DNA of 32,000 nucleotides, taken from NCBI RefSeq assembly GCF_003231495.1, contig NZ_PQWO01000001.1, positions 240,001 through 272,000 of the forward strand, written 5' to 3'. The position numbers and the translations under genes are program-made. The notes under the pieces are model-generated. The model worked only from the letters and a program-made list of their open reading frames with translations. It did not search any database and was not told the DNA's origin. Positions 1-9,480 of this stretch are shown piece after piece. The stretch is from Acaryochloris thomasi RCC1774. Its GTDB lineage: Bacteria > Cyanobacteriota > Cyanobacteriia > Thermosynechococcales > Thermosynechococcaceae. How positions within the stretch are numbered: the stretch's first letter is position 1; each line of letters opens with the position of its first letter.

Positions 1-1
1 C

Positions 2-1681
2 AGCACTGAGACTCGCATTCTCGTTTCTGATGCTATTCCCGCCGGAACAGTTCTGAATGCAGTGCCCACCGCACCTGCAGGCTGGGAAGTGGTTTACTCC
101 ACAAACGATCCATCAGCGACAGCACCCATTGGAACTGGCCCTAATACAGCAGCGTGGATTCGCAACAGCGTAACTCCTTTGAATGCAGGTAACTTTGCAT
201 CCGTGGAAAGAGTGGGTTTCATTCGCACAGCGACGACTCCGCTAGCCGCAGGTACTGATGTTACGGCAACAACTCCGTTCCAATTTACCGTGATTACTTC
301 TGGCCTCGCTCCAGAAGGTGGCCAAGTTGCTAACATCGCTCAGGTCTTTGGTCGCACCTTCGATGATCCCGCGATTGCTGGCTCACCCACTGATCAAGTT
401 GTCTACGACGAATCTGGAGACAGCCAGCCCAACAACTTCAACGATAATCAAACGCCTCCCAATCCAAACGGCAGCAACTTCGTTCCTGCTGAAGATCGAG
501 GGGTTGCAGATCCAGTAGCTCAAGGCACTGACACTAACGGCGACAATACAGGTTCAGGTCCTGATGGTGAAGCCAACGTTGTTAACATCGGCAATGTTGC
601 TGGTGCTGATGACATTCTTAACGGTACCGATGGTGTTCCAGGTGCCCAAGGCCCCACCGACCAAAATGACGATTTTACAAACCTATCTACTGATGTCCCA
701 GTGGGTACAGGTCCTGCAGATACTTTCAATCCAGCTGCAGTTACCTTTGATAACACCATTCAGAACCCATCTAGTGCTGGCTTCATTGCTGACGTGACGC
801 TGCAGCCCATTTCTCCTACCCAGGCAGAAAACGCAGACGACAGTCCTCTGACAGGACAATACGATGGTGCTGATGCTATTCCTTTCGGCACTCAGGTCAC
901 GATTACTGCTACGGATGAGAACGGTGACGTTTTAACGGCAACCTATACCTACGTTAATCTTGCAGGTGTTCCCACCTTCCGGCTTGATAGCAGCACAACC
1001 ACTGCTGGTGGCGGCGGCGCAATACCGACGCCCGGGGGCCCTGTTCACGTCAACTATGGTGACCTACCTGCAGGTCAGACCCTTGACTACACAGTCTCGG
1101 TTGATTTACCACCTACTGTCACACCTAACCAAGAGATCTCGATTCCGGTTGTAGCCTTCCCGGATGACAATCCAACTACAGCCCCTGGTTTAACTGGAGA
1201 GTCAACCAACAACATAACGATTGACCGCATCTATACCGGCTTCATGCAGCTCACGAAGCAAGCTCAGGTTCTGGATCAGAATGGCGTAATTGTGCAGCCA
1301 TTTGCCTCCGATTTGACTGGCGTTGAGTTCCGACCGGGTTACCAAATCGACTACCGGATTGGTTACGAAAACATTTCAACCCCTGTCGTAGGTACCGGCA
1401 ACGTGGGCCTCACAGCCTTTGAATTTGAAGTTGTAGAAGATGGTACCGTCGCCACTGGCACTAGCACCACTCAAAACAACTGGGCGGCTTTCACGGATCA
1501 TGAGCAGAACACCAGCGCCACGCAGGGCGATGTGGAATTCTTCACCAACAGTGGTGATGCTACACCCCTGACAACCACAGATCCTCTCGCCAATACTCAG
1601 GTTGAGAAGTATGAGAACCCGGTTGGTCAGGTTGATCCTGGTCAAACAGGTGAGTTCCAATTCCGTCGCCGCCTCCAGTAA
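2..1681 (+). CDS. C-terminal part of a large secreted/surface repeat protein (DUF11 / conserved-repeat-domain type); 5' end lies outside the window
   Basis: The frame is open from the window edge (nt 2) to the stop at 1679-1681, so the listed GTG at 62 is internal. The sequence is T/N/G/D/P-rich with no Cys. The edge motif SDAIPAGTVLNAVP and the segment FRPGYQIDYRIGYENIS resemble the DUF11 signature seen in the two downstream genes. Confidence 0.6.
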   Translation, partial: STETRILVSDAIPAGTVLNAVPTAPAGWEVVYSTNDPSATAPIGTGPNTAAWIRNSVTPLNAGNFASVERVGFIRTATTPLAAGTDVTATTPFQFTVITSGLAPEGGQVANIAQVFGRTFDDPAIAGSPTDQVVYDESGDSQPNNFNDNQTPPNPNGSNFVPAEDRGVADPVAQGTDTNGDNTGSGPDGEANVVNIGNVAGADDILNGTDGVPGAQGPTDQNDDFTNLSTDVPVGTGPADTFNPAAVTFDNTIQNPSSAGFIADVTLQPISPTQAENADDSPLTGQYDGADAIPFGTQVTITATDENGDVLTATYTYVNLAGVPTFRLDSSTTTAGGGGAIPTPGGPVHVNYGDLPAGQTLDYTVSVDLPPTVTPNQEISIPVVAFPDDNPTTAPGLTGESTNNITIDRIYTGFMQLTKQAQVLDQNGVIVQPFASDLTGVEFRPGYQIDYRIGYENISTPVVGTGNVGLTAFEFEVVEDGTVATGTSTTQNNWAAFTDHEQNTSATQGDVEFFTNSGDATPLTTTDPLANTQVEKYENPVGQVDPGQTGEFQFRRRLQ

Positions 1682-1690
1682 AGCCTCAGT

Positions 1691-1720
1691 CATGGGTGAG
1701 TGCGATGAGACTCACCCATG
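1691..1720 (+). terminator. Perfect 11-bp stem hairpin just after the stop of the first gene (possible terminator or RNA-stability element)
   Basis: catgggtgagt (1691-1701) is the exact reverse complement of actcacccatg (1710-1720), with an 8-nt loop. The T-run (tgttttt) starts only about 12 nt downstream, so this is not a textbook intrinsic terminator. Confidence 0.4.
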
Positions 1721-1777
1721 ACGCCACAACTGTTTTTGAAGTCGACTGTAGTTTTTGAATTTTAAGGTTTTCTAATC

Positions 1778-2338
1778 ATGAAACGACGTTTATCTATGGG
1801 TCTCGGTATTCTAGCCGTCGCCATTGCCGTTCCCTTTGCCAGCAGCACTCCCGTTCTTGCCAATTTGCAAGAAGCCGGTGAAGCACTGGTTCAGCAGATT
1901 CTTCAGCCCCAGGTCAAGTTGGCCCTTTCTGCCGAGAAGCAAGTGATCACCACTGATGCTGAAGGCAACAAAGCGACCGCTTGGGAAGCTATTGAAGGAG
2001 ATGTCACAGTTCAGCCCGGAGATGTGCTTCGCTACACGCTCAACAGTGAGAATGCCGGTGACAAGCCTGCTTCTAACTTAGTTGTGACGCAGCCTATCCC
2101 TCAAAAGACCGCTTTCCGAGCGGATTCAGCAAAGGCCAATGGCGCTGAGTTGACCTACAGCATTGATGCCGGTCAGACCTTCTCTGCTCAGCCTCTGATC
2201 GAAGAGACTCAGCCTGATGGTTCTGTGAAGATGGTTCCTGCTCCTGCAGAAATGTACACCCATGTTCAGTGGGACTACAGCAATTCGCTGCAGCCAATGA
2301 CCACTGTGCGCGCAACATACGAAGTTGCCGTTAAGTAA
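1778..2338 (+). CDS. Small secreted single-domain DUF11-like protein
   Basis: ATG start. The N-terminus MKRRLSMGLGILAVAIAVPFASSTPVLA looks like a signal peptide. VQPGDVLRYTLNSENAGDKPASNLVVTQPIPQKTAF matches the DUF11 pattern (PGD-x-hydrophobic-x-Y ... N-x-G ... V-x-D/Q-x-hydrophobic-P). Confidence 0.6.
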   Translation: MKRRLSMGLGILAVAIAVPFASSTPVLANLQEAGEALVQQILQPQVKLALSAEKQVITTDAEGNKATAWEAIEGDVTVQPGDVLRYTLNSENAGDKPASNLVVTQPIPQKTAFRADSAKANGAELTYSIDAGQTFSAQPLIEETQPDGSVKMVPAPAEMYTHVQWDYSNSLQPMTTVRATYEVAVK

Positions 2339-2348
2339 CGCCACCAAC

Positions 2349-2380
2349 GGGGGGCAACCTGCCCCCCTCAAACTCTTTTT
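2349..2380 (+). terminator. Rho-independent terminator
   Basis: ggggggca (2349-2356) pairs with tgcccccc (2360-2367) across a 3-nt loop, followed by tcaaactcttttt. It lies 11 nt after the stop at 2338. Confidence 0.65.
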
Positions 2381-2534
2381 ACCTCTCTAAATTTGTGACG
2401 TTAATTCGACGCCCTCAGGCCCCCGACACGGTCTGACAGGCTTCGTGCGGCCAAAACTGGCCCACCGCTGCTGACCCCAGCCTCTTAATCTGTGCGATCC
2501 ACTGTTCTACTTTGACCCCGAGGAGCCCACGCTC

Positions 2535-4103
2535 GTGAGATACTCTCACTTCCAATTAAATCCTGTCTCGGCAAGACGGCTGATGGCGGCGACCTTGATG
2601 CTTAGTCAAGTGCTGCCAAGTGTTGCGATCGCACAGACAGCGGACGATGCTGAGCTACTCATCAACAACACAGCCAGCTACCGCTACGCACAGACCCCTG
2701 GTGGCAATCCGTTCACAGGCTTCACCAACACAATCACAACACCCGTAGACAATTCGCTCACCGATCCTAGAGGCCAAATTTTAGGCTGTGGCGGCGCACT
2801 CTTAGACGATTACACCGGCTTCTCAGTCAGCCTCTTTACAGCAGATCCCAGTGACCCCACCGGCGCCAGCCTCGGGAGTTTAGTCCGCCTCACCCGCACC
2901 GAGCTGCCCGACAACCCCACCAATAATATTCCTGCCGGTATCGAACCCAACAGCAGCAACCTCAACCCCTTTCCCCTCAGCAATCAAGACAGAGGCGAGT
3001 ACAGCTTTCTGCTTGACCCTAACCGAGGTCAGCTTGACGTTGGCGACACCTACATCTTGATGGTGGACGTCCCCGATACCTCTGTGTTTATCCGGCGTCA
3101 GATCAAGTTAGAGATCTTAGCGATTACGCCCACCAACAACCGCAACATCGTTAGCTATCGAGCAACAGCCCTAGACGGACAGCCTGTTGCGGCCTCAGGC
3201 GACGATCAGATCGATCTTTCTGAAACCACGCTGATTGCCGACGCCGATCAAATTTCCCTGCAGCTCCTCGCCATTCAGTTTGCCGGGGCGCTCTGTCCAG
3301 AGAGCCAAATTCAAATTACGAAATCAGGCGATCGCGCCAACGCAGCCCCCGGCGACACCGTGCTCTACCGACTCGGCATCCGTAACACCAGTGGTGATCG
3401 GCTTGATAACACCACCGTTACCGATGTCTTGCCCTTCGGCTTTCGGCTCCTTGAAGATGCCGTGCAGGGTGAAGTCGGCGGCGAGATTGTTCCAGTCACC
3501 GTTGAGCAGAATGGCCTGACGGTTACCTTTAGCACCCCCGCCGTTCTCGAACCAGAGGCCGTTCTCAATATTGTTTACGCGGCCCAGCTCACCCCTGATG
3601 CGATTCGAGGTGATGGCGAAAACGTTGCAACAGTTGCAGCTCAGCGCGTCGATAACGACCTAGAAGTCCGAGATGGACCGGCGATTAACCGCGTACGCAT
3701 TAATCCTGGCATTGCCTCTGACTGCGGCACTATTCTAGGGCGCGTCTTCGTAGACAAAAACTTTGACGGTGAACAGCAGCCCGGCGAACCCGGCGTTCCC
3801 AACTCTGTCGTGTTTATGGATGACGGCAACCGGATCACCACCGACGAAGATGGTCTCTTTCATCTCAAGTGTGTCCTGCCCGGTCAGCGGGTCGGAGCCT
3901 TAGACCTCACCAGCCTGCCTGGTTACACCCTCGCCCCCAACGCCTACTTTATTGAGCGCAATAGCCCCTCTCGACTGGTCCGGCTCTCGCCGGGTGGTCT
4001 GGTGCGCATGAACTTTGGGGTCACACCTACTTTCCAAGAACGATCAACCTCTCCTGTGCCAGAGACCTTGAACGCTCCCAGCTCTCAGGAGGAGTCCCAA
4101 TGA
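2535..4103 (+). CDS. Secreted protein with a DUF11-like domain and a C-terminal SdrD-B / prealbumin-like domain
   Basis: GTG start, followed by the signal-like RRLMAATLMLSQVLPSVAIAQ. ITKSGDRANAAPGDTVLYRLGIRNTSGDRLDNTTVTDVLPFGF is DUF11-like. GRVFVDKNFDGEQQPGEPGVPNSVVFMDDGNRITTDEDGLFHL is SdrD-B-like. The stop overlaps the next start (ATGA at 4100-4103). Confidence 0.6.
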   Translation: MRYSHFQLNPVSARRLMAATLMLSQVLPSVAIAQTADDAELLINNTASYRYAQTPGGNPFTGFTNTITTPVDNSLTDPRGQILGCGGALLDDYTGFSVSLFTADPSDPTGASLGSLVRLTRTELPDNPTNNIPAGIEPNSSNLNPFPLSNQDRGEYSFLLDPNRGQLDVGDTYILMVDVPDTSVFIRRQIKLEILAITPTNNRNIVSYRATALDGQPVAASGDDQIDLSETTLIADADQISLQLLAIQFAGALCPESQIQITKSGDRANAAPGDTVLYRLGIRNTSGDRLDNTTVTDVLPFGFRLLEDAVQGEVGGEIVPVTVEQNGLTVTFSTPAVLEPEAVLNIVYAAQLTPDAIRGDGENVATVAAQRVDNDLEVRDGPAINRVRINPGIASDCGTILGRVFVDKNFDGEQQPGEPGVPNSVVFMDDGNRITTDEDGLFHLKCVLPGQRVGALDLTSLPGYTLAPNAYFIERNSPSRLVRLSPGGLVRMNFGVTPTFQERSTSPVPETLNAPSSQEESQ

Positions 4104-7100
4104 CAAAACGATCCTATCTTCGCGCCAGCCTTTTAGGACTGCTCATCAGCAGCGGCTGGGCGATCGTCCCCACCCTAGCCACAGCTCAAACACTGAAGCT
4201 AGAGCCGACTCCGAGTTCTACAGAAGCCGTTTCATCTACGGCGACCCCAACCACAAAGCCTACGGCTGCTGCTTCATCTACGGCTTCTACCCCAGAGCCT
4301 ACGGTAGAAACTGAAGTCTCTGTCCCGTCAGAAGAAATTACTGAAGCACAGGCTGCTGAAGCTGTGCCCTCTCAGCCTCCTGTTGATTCTGGAGCAGCGC
4401 CAGCAGCGCCTGTCGCTCAGGCGGCACCGCAGGCCCAGACCGTCAAAATCCTATCCCCGCCTTCAGGCGCAACCCTACCGCAGCCTTCTTCCACCGTAAT
4501 TGTGGAGTATAAGGTCGGTCAAACGGTTAATTTGCAGGTCAATGGTAAGCAGGTCGACCGCAGCTTGATCGGTCGCACCGAAACCAATAGTGAAACAGGC
4601 AAAGTCCGCGAGACTTGGTACGGCGTTATTTTTGGCGCTGGGGGCAATACCCTCACCGCTCATCTAGACGGCAGTAGTGAGCCAGCCACAACAGTTAACC
4701 TCGAAGTCCCTGGCGAACCGGATCGGATCAAAGTCAGCACGCGCGAAACCCGAGTCCCAGCAGATGGACGCTCCACAGTCACAGTTGTAGGCCAGCTTCT
4801 CGACAGTCGTGGCAACCGCTCTAGCTGGAATTCACACATTACGCTAGAGGCAAGTGAAGGTGAATTTGTCGGCGTCGATGCCAACTCTACTACACCCGGA
4901 TTTCAGGTTGAGGCCGTCAATGGCGAATTTACAGCCGAACTGCAGGCCGGTCTACAGGCGGGCGCACTGCGGATTCGGGCCAGCAATGGCGAAATGGAAG
5001 GCTTCCATCAGTTGCAGATGGTCACCCCCCTGCGTCCCTCGGGACTACTAGCAGGTGTCGTTGATGTTCGCTTCGGGCGGCGGGGCACAGACTTCTTTGA
5101 TAGCTTCCGCGACTTTCTGCCCCCGGATGGAGACAATCGCTTTGAGCTAGACACCCAAGCTTCAGGCTTCGCCACCACCTCTGTCGGAGAGTGGCTATTT
5201 ACCGGTGCCTTCAATACTGAGCGTCCGCTGAACGAAGACTGTCGTGGTGAATCAACGCTATTCCGAGCGCAGGTAGACTGCGATGACACCCAATATTCCG
5301 TCTACGGCGATAACTCCACCGTTGAGTCCTTCGCTTCTTCCACCGACAACCTTTATCTGCGCCTAGAGCGTACTTCCCCCGTCCCGAATGCGGGGATTGA
5401 CTATGTCCTGTGGGGAGACTACAACACCAACGAATTTGCTCAGCCCTCACAGTTCTACACCGCCACTAATCGCGCCCTCCACGGCGCTAAGGCTAACTAC
5501 AATCTCGGCAACCTACAAATCACAGGCATCTTCGGCAACAACACCGAGGGCTTCCAGCGCGATACCATTGCCCCCGACGGCACCAGCGGGTTCTATTTTC
5601 TGTCTCGTCGCCTGCTGATCTCTGGCAGTGAGCAAGTTTATCTAGAACTAGAAGAACTCGATCGCCCCGGCACAGTTCTAGAACGGACGCGCCTCCTTCG
5701 AGGTGCTGACTATGACATTGACTACGATCGCGGCACCCTGCTGTTCCGGCGTCCGATTCTGCGTACCGATGTCACCGAAGATGGTCGCGTTGCCGTACGC
5801 CGAATTGTCACCACCTATCAGTTTGAAGGTGAAGGGGGCGGCACCAGCATCTATGGCGGGCGGCTACAGTACAACTTTTCGCGGGGCTTAGACAAAGAAA
5901 CTTGGTTGGGAGCTACCTATCTCCTTGAAGATCGGGGCGATCAAGACTTTGAGCTGTTCGGCGCTGATGCCTATGTGTCTCTAGGGGGCGATCGCTACCT
6001 GATTGCAGAATACGCCCACTCTGAAAACGGCCTTGACTTCAGCGAGGCCATCAGCGGCGACGCCTACCGCGTAGAGCTAGCCGGAACCATTATCGATAAG
6101 GTCACGGGTCGAGCCTACTTCAACCACAGCGATACGGGTTTCTCGAATACAGCCACCACGAGCTTTGTACCCGGCCAAACCCGCTACGGTGCAGAGGTCA
6201 CAGCCGAGCTGTCCAGCTCTACAAGTCTGCGAGCCAGCATTGATCACGAAGACAACAATGGCATCGCCCCTCAGCCCCTCGATACCTTTGAAGACCTGAT
6301 TCGTCCTGGCTTTGCGCCCACGCCAGGTATTGGTGTTGACAACTCATTGACCACAATCACAGCAGGCATTCAGCAGCGCATCGGTCGCGGTACGCTTGGG
6401 GTTGACTATGTTCGTCGTGAGCGCTCAGGTGACTTTAGCAATGTCAGTTCCGATCAGATTCGCACCAGCTTTATCACCCAACTGACAAACGATCTCAGCT
6501 TTCATGCCTACAATGATCTGACCCTATCCTCTGAGTCAGATCCTGTCCATCCGAATCGGACTACGATTGGGGTTGACTGGCAAGTTCATCCCGGCATCAC
6601 GGTGGCGCTCAATCAGTCCTACTTCACAGGGGGACAGTTTGACGATGACTTTTTAACCAGTCTCGATATCAAGGGCGAGCATACCTTCTCAACGGATACC
6701 ACTTTGCGGGGCGAAGTCTCAGTGCTGGGCGATCGGGGACTCGTCGGACGCTTCGGCATCGATCAGGGTGTAACGCTAGCCCCCGGTTTAGAGGCAGATT
6801 TCTCCTATGAGCGGGTCTTTAGCGGGTTCCGCGACACGGCAGCGGGCAGTCAGTTCGCGCAGCCCTTTGCGGTTGGCTCTGGCGCTTCGGCTTTGGGCCT
6901 CACCTCTGGCAACAGCTTCAGTGCCGGTCTCAGCTACACCGATAATCCTGACTTCAAAGCTAAGGCACGGGTTGAATACCGCGATTCTACCTCTCAAGGC
7001 TCGAATCTAGTGATTACCGCTGATGCGCTAGGCCGCATTAACAATCGCTTTACAACGCTGGCGAGCTACAGCCAAGCCAGTTCTGCGAACCAGACTCTCA

Positions 7101-7753
7101 GTGCCCTAGGGACCAGCCGTGATCTGAAGTTGGGTTTAGCCTACCGAGATCCTAAAGACGATCGCTTTAATGCCCTGTTGCGCTATGAATATCGTGAAAA
7201 TCCTTCACTGATTCCTGAGACGATTCTATTTGGTCGGGGTACGGGGTCAACGGAGCATCTGCTCTCTGCTGAGGCGATTTATGCACCTGACTGGCGCTGG
7301 GAATTCTACGGCAAGTTTGGCCTCCGCCACAGCCGCACGAATCTGGCGGAGAATCTAGTGGGCACCAGCACGGTTTCTCTCGCTCAAGCACGGGCTACCT
7401 ACCGCTTTGACAAGCGCTGGGATGCCTCCATCGAAGGACGCTGGATTGGTCAGCCCACTGCAGGCTTCAATGAGTTTGGGATCGTCGGTGAAATCGGCTA
7501 TTACCTCAATCCGAATCTGCGCCTTGGGGCGGGCTATGTGTTTGGTAGCGCTAGCGATCGCGACTTGGGCAATTCCCGGTCGGCCAGCGGTCCTTTCTTC
7601 GGTATCACCGTGAAGCTCGACAACAACTTGCTGAAGGACTTTGGTTTCCGCAATCAGGTTGCGCCCAAACAGCAGCAGGAGTCTGAGTCTGTTGTAGAGG
7701 CTTCCAACAAGGAACCTGAAGCCACTCCTGAAGCCCTAGCGACTGAAGGCTAG
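4100..7753 (+). CDS. Large (1217 aa) putative outer-membrane protein: signal peptide, A/P/T/S-rich linker, Ig-like (Big/invasin-type) domain, and a region of about 900 aa that looks like a beta-barrel
   Basis: The signal-like N-terminus is MTKRSYLRASLLGLLISSGWAIVPTLATAQ. The segment RIKVSTRETRVPADGRSTVTVVGQLLDSRGN...ALRIRASNGE is Ig-like. There is a long stretch of alternating hydrophobic/aromatic strands rich in Y/G/N/D/R, ending RLGAGYVFGSASDRDL...GPFFGITVKLD, then an acidic tail of about 45 aa. Confidence 0.55.
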   Translation: MTKRSYLRASLLGLLISSGWAIVPTLATAQTLKLEPTPSSTEAVSSTATPTTKPTAAASSTASTPEPTVETEVSVPSEEITEAQAAEAVPSQPPVDSGAAPAAPVAQAAPQAQTVKILSPPSGATLPQPSSTVIVEYKVGQTVNLQVNGKQVDRSLIGRTETNSETGKVRETWYGVIFGAGGNTLTAHLDGSSEPATTVNLEVPGEPDRIKVSTRETRVPADGRSTVTVVGQLLDSRGNRSSWNSHITLEASEGEFVGVDANSTTPGFQVEAVNGEFTAELQAGLQAGALRIRASNGEMEGFHQLQMVTPLRPSGLLAGVVDVRFGRRGTDFFDSFRDFLPPDGDNRFELDTQASGFATTSVGEWLFTGAFNTERPLNEDCRGESTLFRAQVDCDDTQYSVYGDNSTVESFASSTDNLYLRLERTSPVPNAGIDYVLWGDYNTNEFAQPSQFYTATNRALHGAKANYNLGNLQITGIFGNNTEGFQRDTIAPDGTSGFYFLSRRLLISGSEQVYLELEELDRPGTVLERTRLLRGADYDIDYDRGTLLFRRPILRTDVTEDGRVAVRRIVTTYQFEGEGGGTSIYGGRLQYNFSRGLDKETWLGATYLLEDRGDQDFELFGADAYVSLGGDRYLIAEYAHSENGLDFSEAISGDAYRVELAGTIIDKVTGRAYFNHSDTGFSNTATTSFVPGQTRYGAEVTAELSSSTSLRASIDHEDNNGIAPQPLDTFEDLIRPGFAPTPGIGVDNSLTTITAGIQQRIGRGTLGVDYVRRERSGDFSNVSSDQIRTSFITQLTNDLSFHAYNDLTLSSESDPVHPNRTTIGVDWQVHPGITVALNQSYFTGGQFDDDFLTSLDIKGEHTFSTDTTLRGEVSVLGDRGLVGRFGIDQGVTLAPGLEADFSYERVFSGFRDTAAGSQFAQPFAVGSGASALGLTSGNSFSAGLSYTDNPDFKAKARVEYRDSTSQGSNLVITADALGRINNRFTTLASYSQASSANQTLSALGTSRDLKLGLAYRDPKDDRFNALLRYEYRENPSLIPETILFGRGTGSTEHLLSAEAIYAPDWRWEFYGKFGLRHSRTNLAENLVGTSTVSLAQARATYRFDKRWDASIEGRWIGQPTAGFNEFGIVGEIGYYLNPNLRLGAGYVFGSASDRDLGNSRSASGPFFGITVKLDNNLLKDFGFRNQVAPKQQQESESVVEASNKEPEATPEALATEG

Positions 7754-7807
7754 CCCCTTCTAAAGCTACTCTCTCCTGATGCATCCAAAGGTCTCGGAAT
7801 TTGAATT

Positions 7808-9418
7808 ATGTATAAATTAGTGTTTAACACCGTTCGGAATCCTGTCTGGATCTTGCCTGTTTTGCTGTTGGGCAGCTCTCCCAGCTTGGCGCAATCAGCG
7901 GCCTCACCCCTCCAGGTCACGGTCAACAGCAGTCAGGATGGTGAGATTGAAGCTGACGAGCAGATGACGTTGAGAGAAGCGATCTCAATTCAAAACGGCA
8001 CCCTCTTGCCCTCAGATCTGACAGCGGCTGAACAGGCCCAAATCCAGCCTGCAGACCAACGTAAGATTGCTTTTAACCTACCGACAGGAGAGACCACCAT
8101 CCAACTCCAGTCAGTGCTGCCTGCCTTAGAGTCACCCGACTTATACATCGATGGCACAACGCAACCCGGATACGACAATGCTCCCATCGTGGCCCTCACC
8201 CCTGCAGCAGGCACAGAGGTCTTTCGCGGGCTAACGGTGGTTGCCAACAATGTCACCATTAAGGGACTCAGTTTATACGGCTTTACTTCTATACATCGAA
8301 AAACGGCCACGACACCGCCAGCCGATATCTTCATCGCTCACCGGCTACCGCCGCCTGATATCAGCCAGCAAAAACGACCCAACGGTAACTTTCCATTTCG
8401 GGACCGCGATCAGCCCCCCACGGGCGTTGTAATTATAGATAACTGGTTGGGACTCACCCCTGAAGGTACCAAACCCACACAGCCTTCAGCCTTTGGCGTG
8501 TCGGTCTTCAACAGCCAGGGAGCAACAATTAAAAACAACCGCATTGCCTACCATGACGGCAGCGGCATTATCACCTCGGTTCGGGCCGAGAACTTAGAAA
8601 TCAGCGACAACCAAATCGTTGCCAATGGCCTTGCAGGGATGCCGGACGCGATTCGTTTAGAGGGCATCATCGACAAGGGCGTGATTCGTAACAACCTAAT
8701 CTGCGGCAATGACGGCAGCGGCATCTTCATGTTCAAGCCAGAAGGTGCGGTGGAAATATACGACAACAACATTAAGCTCAACGGCCAGCGACTCAAGCGG
8801 GCGGCGGTTTATCTGATGGGCAATGATCATCAAGTCCGCAACAACCAGATTCATTATCAGTCCGGTCCAGGGGTCGTGGTGGCGGCTTACCCGAAGAGCG
8901 ATCGCAACCTCATCACCCAAAACAAATTTAGCAACCTCGACGGGCTGAGCATTGATTTAGTCGCTCGCCGTGGCGTGGGTGTCACAGCCTACCAGCGCGG
9001 AGACGGTGCCAACATGCCCCAGCGTGATACCGGCAACCGCCGCCGTGACACAGCCAATCGCGCCATTAATACTCCCGTGTTTTTAAGCCAGGAATTTATC
9101 CGCTTTGACGATCAAGTCAATATTGACGGGGTCGCGGATCCAGGTGCGATCATAACCTTGTATAAAGTTACGGAGGACAACGATGTATACGGACCCCTCA
9201 ACGCGCCATTGATGGATATCACCACCAACAATGAAGGTCGATTTTCTGCGACGTTGGAAGGTTTAGAAGCGGGCGATCTCATCAGCGCCATTGCCACCCA
9301 ACCGGAGGCAGGTACCTCTGAACCCGCCAAGAACGCCAGTATTCAATCCTTAGAAACGGCTCCTGTGGCCCCATCAGCCGTGAGCACAGCTGTACCAAGC
9401 TGCACAGCGACTCAGTAG
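7808..9418 (+). CDS. Secreted right-handed parallel beta-helix repeat protein (NosD/CASH/pectin-lyase-fold type)
   Basis: The signal-like N-terminus is VWILPVLLLGSSPSLAQS. Beta-helix turns recur with N/G/I periodicity (IKNNRIAYHDGSGI, ISDNQIVANGLAG, IRNNLICGNDGSGI, IYDNNIKLNG, VRNNQIHYQSGPGV). Confidence 0.65.
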   Translation: MYKLVFNTVRNPVWILPVLLLGSSPSLAQSAASPLQVTVNSSQDGEIEADEQMTLREAISIQNGTLLPSDLTAAEQAQIQPADQRKIAFNLPTGETTIQLQSVLPALESPDLYIDGTTQPGYDNAPIVALTPAAGTEVFRGLTVVANNVTIKGLSLYGFTSIHRKTATTPPADIFIAHRLPPPDISQQKRPNGNFPFRDRDQPPTGVVIIDNWLGLTPEGTKPTQPSAFGVSVFNSQGATIKNNRIAYHDGSGIITSVRAENLEISDNQIVANGLAGMPDAIRLEGIIDKGVIRNNLICGNDGSGIFMFKPEGAVEIYDNNIKLNGQRLKRAAVYLMGNDHQVRNNQIHYQSGPGVVVAAYPKSDRNLITQNKFSNLDGLSIDLVARRGVGVTAYQRGDGANMPQRDTGNRRRDTANRAINTPVFLSQEFIRFDDQVNIDGVADPGAIITLYKVTEDNDVYGPLNAPLMDITTNNEGRFSATLEGLEAGDLISAIATQPEAGTSEPAKNASIQSLETAPVAPSAVSTAVPSCTATQ

Positions 9419-9444
9419 AGCTACCCCATCAACTGATGCCCCCG

Positions 9445-9450
9445 TATAAT
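9445..9450 (+). promoter_or_regulatory. Candidate -10 box (TATAAT) upstream of gpx
   Basis: There is an exact TATAAT 31 nt upstream of the ATG at 9481. I could not identify a convincing -35 element. Confidence 0.3.
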
Positions 9451-9480
9451 GAGACCTGATGTGTCACAGTTGATGAATCA

